A stretch of 6,067 bases of DNA from a virus, in IMG/VR virus record IMGVR_UViG_3300020030_000003, positions 1-6,067 of that record; one strand, 5' to 3'. A model generated the notes under the pieces. The model worked only from the letters and a program-made list of their open reading frames with translations. It did not search any database and was not told where the DNA came from. This document shows, piece by piece, positions 3,815-6,067 of this stretch. Every line of letters starts with the position of its first letter. Within the stretch, counting starts at the first letter, position 1. Both the position numbers and the translations under genes were made by a program.

Positions 3815-5608
3815 TTAACGATTAGACAAACGGGTTGCAAATGTTTTATTAACCAAGTTCTTCTTCTGAACAGAATACGAAAGGTTGATGAAAAAGTTAT
3901 CTTCCGTCTTGGAGGAAAATGGGGAGTTTACCTGATCAACATCTACGAATAAAAGGGAGTAATACTGGTTATAGCTCGCCGACAAAACACGTTGTTGAAC
4001 CCAATAAGAGTAAAGAGGTGTACTAGCGGCAGAACCTTGGAACCGAGACAGCTGACCAAGAACCTCGTCATACGAAGATCGAAACTCATTAAAGCACGGT
4101 TCGTAAGCCACAGTCTCCGAGGCCGAGGTAGTTCCGAAACCAAATTGGAACCCAGGAACATCCTGATATCCAATGTCATTATAGATCGGATTAAAATAAT
4201 CAGCACCGGTGTAATGGAGGTAATCGGGATAGACGCCTGCCCAATAGTAAACGGGGCGAATACTCAACATATCAATCAGGTAGCCAGGTTCTCGAAAATA
4301 GTAAGACTGTCGACGACCTAACCGTTCGTTGAAAGCGATAGCGCCACCCTGCTGACCAAGATAAGGCGTAGGGTACCCGTTACCGTCAAAATTATTAGTG
4401 CCAGACTGATTCATAACAACCTGAACGTTAACAGTCTGCGAAGCGCTAAAAAGCAGCTTAGGCCTATCGACATGCTCAATCTTCGACGCAAAAAAGGTTT
4501 CCAACCAATCACTATAACGAGAGCCGCCAGCGCCAAGCAAGTCTTTATACTCTTGAAGCCGCGAAGCAATAGCCAACTGTGGTATAGTCGAAACACCGGA
4601 CATGGAAACACCCTCAGAACTGCCGACGGGGAGCAAGCGACTATAACGATCGGGGTTTGAAGGTATAACAGCCATCGGGTGCGAGACGAGGAACGCTCCA
4701 AGCGTAGTGACGGTGGTAGTACCAGCGTCGACAGCAAATTGATTTGCAGGACCTGCGGTAGTTAGCGAGGTACTTCCAGGATAAATAGTAGAAACGGGGT
4801 AACCATCCTTAGAGGCAGTAATCGTAGCGCCAAGGTCAGAAAGTAATATCTGGGAAAAAAGATTTCCTCTATTATACGTATTATTCGACGACGGCACAGA
4901 CGAAGGATAAAACTGGCTTTCATAATAAGCATCGAGAAACTCGAGGTTTCCGAATCTTTGCGAGAAAAACGTCGATTTGTCGCTGAACTGAGAGACATTA
5001 TACGCAGTACCAGTACTATTAGGAATGAACCACCAGCTGCCGGGCCAAGCAAAAGAGTAGAGACCCCACTGGGAATAACCATAATAATTGCGCACAATAT
5101 CCCAATAAGCAAGGTAAGAATCGGCAGTGCACCAGCCCAAAGGATATCCTAGTTGAGCAGTCGAAAGGTTCGCCGACATGGGAACGTTACTAGAGGTTGT
5201 CGCCGGGATAGAAGCAGGAATAACGCGCAACCAACGAAGCAGTGAATTAGAATAAGGGTAGTTGTTGTGGGTGAATTCGTAAGAGGCGGTTGACGCAGCA
5301 GCAACGAAATTCAAGCTCAGATTATTCATATCGAACTTACTACTATTCGTTCTCAACTCAGGATGATACAGCTGAAGCGGTACCCAAAAACGATGCAAAC
5401 GAATAGTGTAGGGATTGAACGTCGGAACAGCGAGCGGATTACTACGGACGTCAATGCCTTGCTCGATGGATACACGATCACGAGCGTTGATAAAATCGAT
5501 TCGCACCGGATACAAAATACCCGGTGTACACGTAAAAGCCTTACTCTCGGGAACGTCATATCGAGAATAGCCATTTACGGCATGCGAAATAAAAGGTTGT
5601 TTTCCCAT
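3815..5608 (-). CDS. VP1: Major capsid protein (Microviridae F/VP1 family, 597 aa)
   Basis: It is the longest ORF. The N-terminal block is RYDVPESKAFTCTPGILYPV...VRSNPLAVPTF...IRLHRFWVPLQLY, matching the F-protein pattern ...G-x-L-x-P...R-x-x-P...FFVP-x-R. Central motifs are GGSRYSDWLETFFA and DRPKLL. The C-terminal motif is YEPCFNEFRSSYDEVLG. The ATG lies 3 nt after the Rep stop. Confidence 0.93.
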   Translation of the reverse strand: MGKQPFISHAVNGYSRYDVPESKAFTCTPGILYPVRIDFINARDRVSIEQGIDVRSNPLAVPTFNPYTIRLHRFWVPLQLYHPELRTNSSKFDMNNLSLNFVAAASTASYEFTHNNYPYSNSLLRWLRVIPASIPATTSSNVPMSANLSTAQLGYPLGWCTADSYLAYWDIVRNYYGYSQWGLYSFAWPGSWWFIPNSTGTAYNVSQFSDKSTFFSQRFGNLEFLDAYYESQFYPSSVPSSNNTYNRGNLFSQILLSDLGATITASKDGYPVSTIYPGSTSLTTAGPANQFAVDAGTTTVTTLGAFLVSHPMAVIPSNPDRYSRLLPVGSSEGVSMSGVSTIPQLAIASRLQEYKDLLGAGGSRYSDWLETFFASKIEHVDRPKLLFSASQTVNVQVVMNQSGTNNFDGNGYPTPYLGQQGGAIAFNERLGRRQSYYFREPGYLIDMLSIRPVYYWAGVYPDYLHYTGADYFNPIYNDIGYQDVPGFQFGFGTTSASETVAYEPCFNEFRSSYDEVLGQLSRFQGSAASTPLYSYWVQQRVLSASYNQYYSLLFVDVDQVNSPFSSKTEDNFFINLSYSVQKKNLVNKTFATRLSNR

Positions 5609-5611
5609 AAA

Positions 5612-6067
5612 TTAAATGTTTAGTTGAAGTTTATAGTGATCTCTCCAAAACTGAAGAATATCTAAATTCAGCCAGGTAGGGGGGTCAAAATCAGGCATCT
5701 TGCGAGAAGACGCAGAAAAGCGCATCACCTGTTTTTGTTCCCACGTATACGCCTCTCTACGGGATACGGAGGAACTGAGATTGAACCGTTCAACACACAG
5801 AGACACAATACGCTTAACCAGAGGAGACTTGCTAAAACGTGAATAAGCGTCAGCAGCGGTAATCGAGCGAACAATGTCATCTTCCGGTTTAATGTATCTA
5901 AGATAATATCGAGGAATCGAGTAATTATAATTGATACGCTTCTCAAAATCAAAATAAGACCACGACGAGACACGAGAAGAAGGGCGAGGCATATAACCAA
6001 GAAAGTCACCAACGCCAGCAGATACGAATTTTCGCGTATAACGGCGATGTTGGAGGAGGCAAGATAA
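5612..6067 (-). CDS. VP4: Replication initiation protein, C-terminal part (same gene as 1..736; unique part 5612..5946, stop TAA 5614..5612)
   Basis: The track ORF 5612..5992 (MPRPSSRVSSWSYFDFEKR...) starts at an internal Met equivalent to position 46 and is in the same frame as the 1..736 frame. The frame stays open through 6067. Joined length is 736+335 = 1,071 nt, giving 356 aa plus a stop. The stop lies 3 nt before the VP1 ATG. Confidence 0.88.
   Translation of the reverse strand, partial: LSCLLQHRRYTRKFVSAGVGDFLGYMPRPSSRVSSWSYFDFEKRINYNYSIPRYYLRYIKPEDDIVRSITAADAYSRFSKSPLVKRIVSLCVERFNLSSSVSRREAYTWEQKQVMRFSASSRKMPDFDPPTWLNLDILQFWRDHYKLQLNI
5947..6067. repeat. Terminal redundancy, copy 2 (circular-contig overlap)
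   Basis: Identical to 1..121. The offset is 5,946 nt, a multiple of 3, so the reading frame is preserved across the junction. Confidence 0.95.

Larger units (their letters stand above)
1..5946 (-). mobile_element. One full unit of a circular Microviridae (ssDNA phage) genome, non-Bullavirinae, with all genes on the minus strand
   Basis: Exact 121-nt terminal redundancy gives a 5,946-nt circle. The unit contains a 597-aa F-type major capsid protein, a 418-aa VP2-like pilot protein and an HUH rolling-circle Rep. Genes are tightly packed and unidirectional, with spacers of 1-12 nt or overlaps. The genome size is typical for the family. Confidence 0.9.

Noticed and set aside
3943-5574. Same-strand overlapping ORFs inside VP1 (3943..4206, 4411..4737, 4762..5112, 5353..5574)
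   Set aside because: All are in the +1 frame of VP1 and are Leu-rich and hydrophobic. This pattern is explained by T-rich third codon positions of the host gene. There is no independent start context and no distinguishing feature.
748-5623. All plus-strand ORFs in the track (748..942, 1703..2014, 2280..2483, 2556..2801, 3992..4321, 4472..4660, 4958..5152, 5363..5623)
   Set aside because: Each is antisense to a well-supported minus-strand gene or spans a gene boundary. Microviridae transcribe a single strand. The translations are low-complexity (Arg/Ser/Ile-rich) with no motifs.
1-6067. Possible alternative genetic code (for example TGA read as Trp, as in the Spiroplasma microvirus SpV4), suggested by the apparently fragmented ORFs at 238..1032
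   Set aside because: The fragmentation disappears once the correct Rep frame is read. All eight genes are open under the standard code and end in TAA (6) or TAG (2). The absence of TGA stops across eight genes is not informative.

Overview
The window is one complete, circularly permuted genome of a small ssDNA phage of the family Microviridae. It is not phiX174-like (not Bullavirinae); its architecture resembles gokushoviruses or alpaviruses. Positions 1..121 are identical to 5947..6067, so the true unit is a 5,946-nt circle and the 121-nt duplication is an assembly overlap. All genes lie on the minus strand, so the packaged viral strand is the reverse complement of what is shown. Reading the minus strand (descending coordinates), the order is as follows. 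A small basic ORF (936->736) comes first. The replication initiator VP4 follows (736->1, continuing 5946->5612); it is cut by the linearisation point and is therefore absent from the ORF track as a single ORF. Next are the major capsid protein VP1 (5608->3815) and an acidic 98-aa ORF (3802->3506). A structured intergenic region precedes a 63-aa putative lipoprotein (3342->3151), followed by the pilot/minor capsid protein VP2 (3149->1893). An 83-nt spacer then carries a Bacteroides-type promoter, followed by a basic 106-aa ORF (1809->1489) and an acidic 107-aa ORF (1477->1154). A 217-nt hairpin-rich intergenic region closes the circle. Only VP1, VP2 and VP4 can be assigned from sequence motifs. 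The five small ORFs have no family I can recognise by eye. No Shine-Dalgarno sequence precedes any gene, and there is an exact TTTG-N19-TAnnTTTG promoter, which points to a Bacteroidota host (inference). The items most worth follow-up are four. (1) The lipoprotein-like ORF translationally coupled to VP2. (2) The promoter-to-hairpin ORF106/ORF107 cassette. (3) The two structured intergenic regions that share sequence modules. (4) The hairpin and palindrome cluster upstream of the replication module. The plus-strand ORFs and the many hydrophobic +1-frame ORFs are judged to be compositional artefacts.
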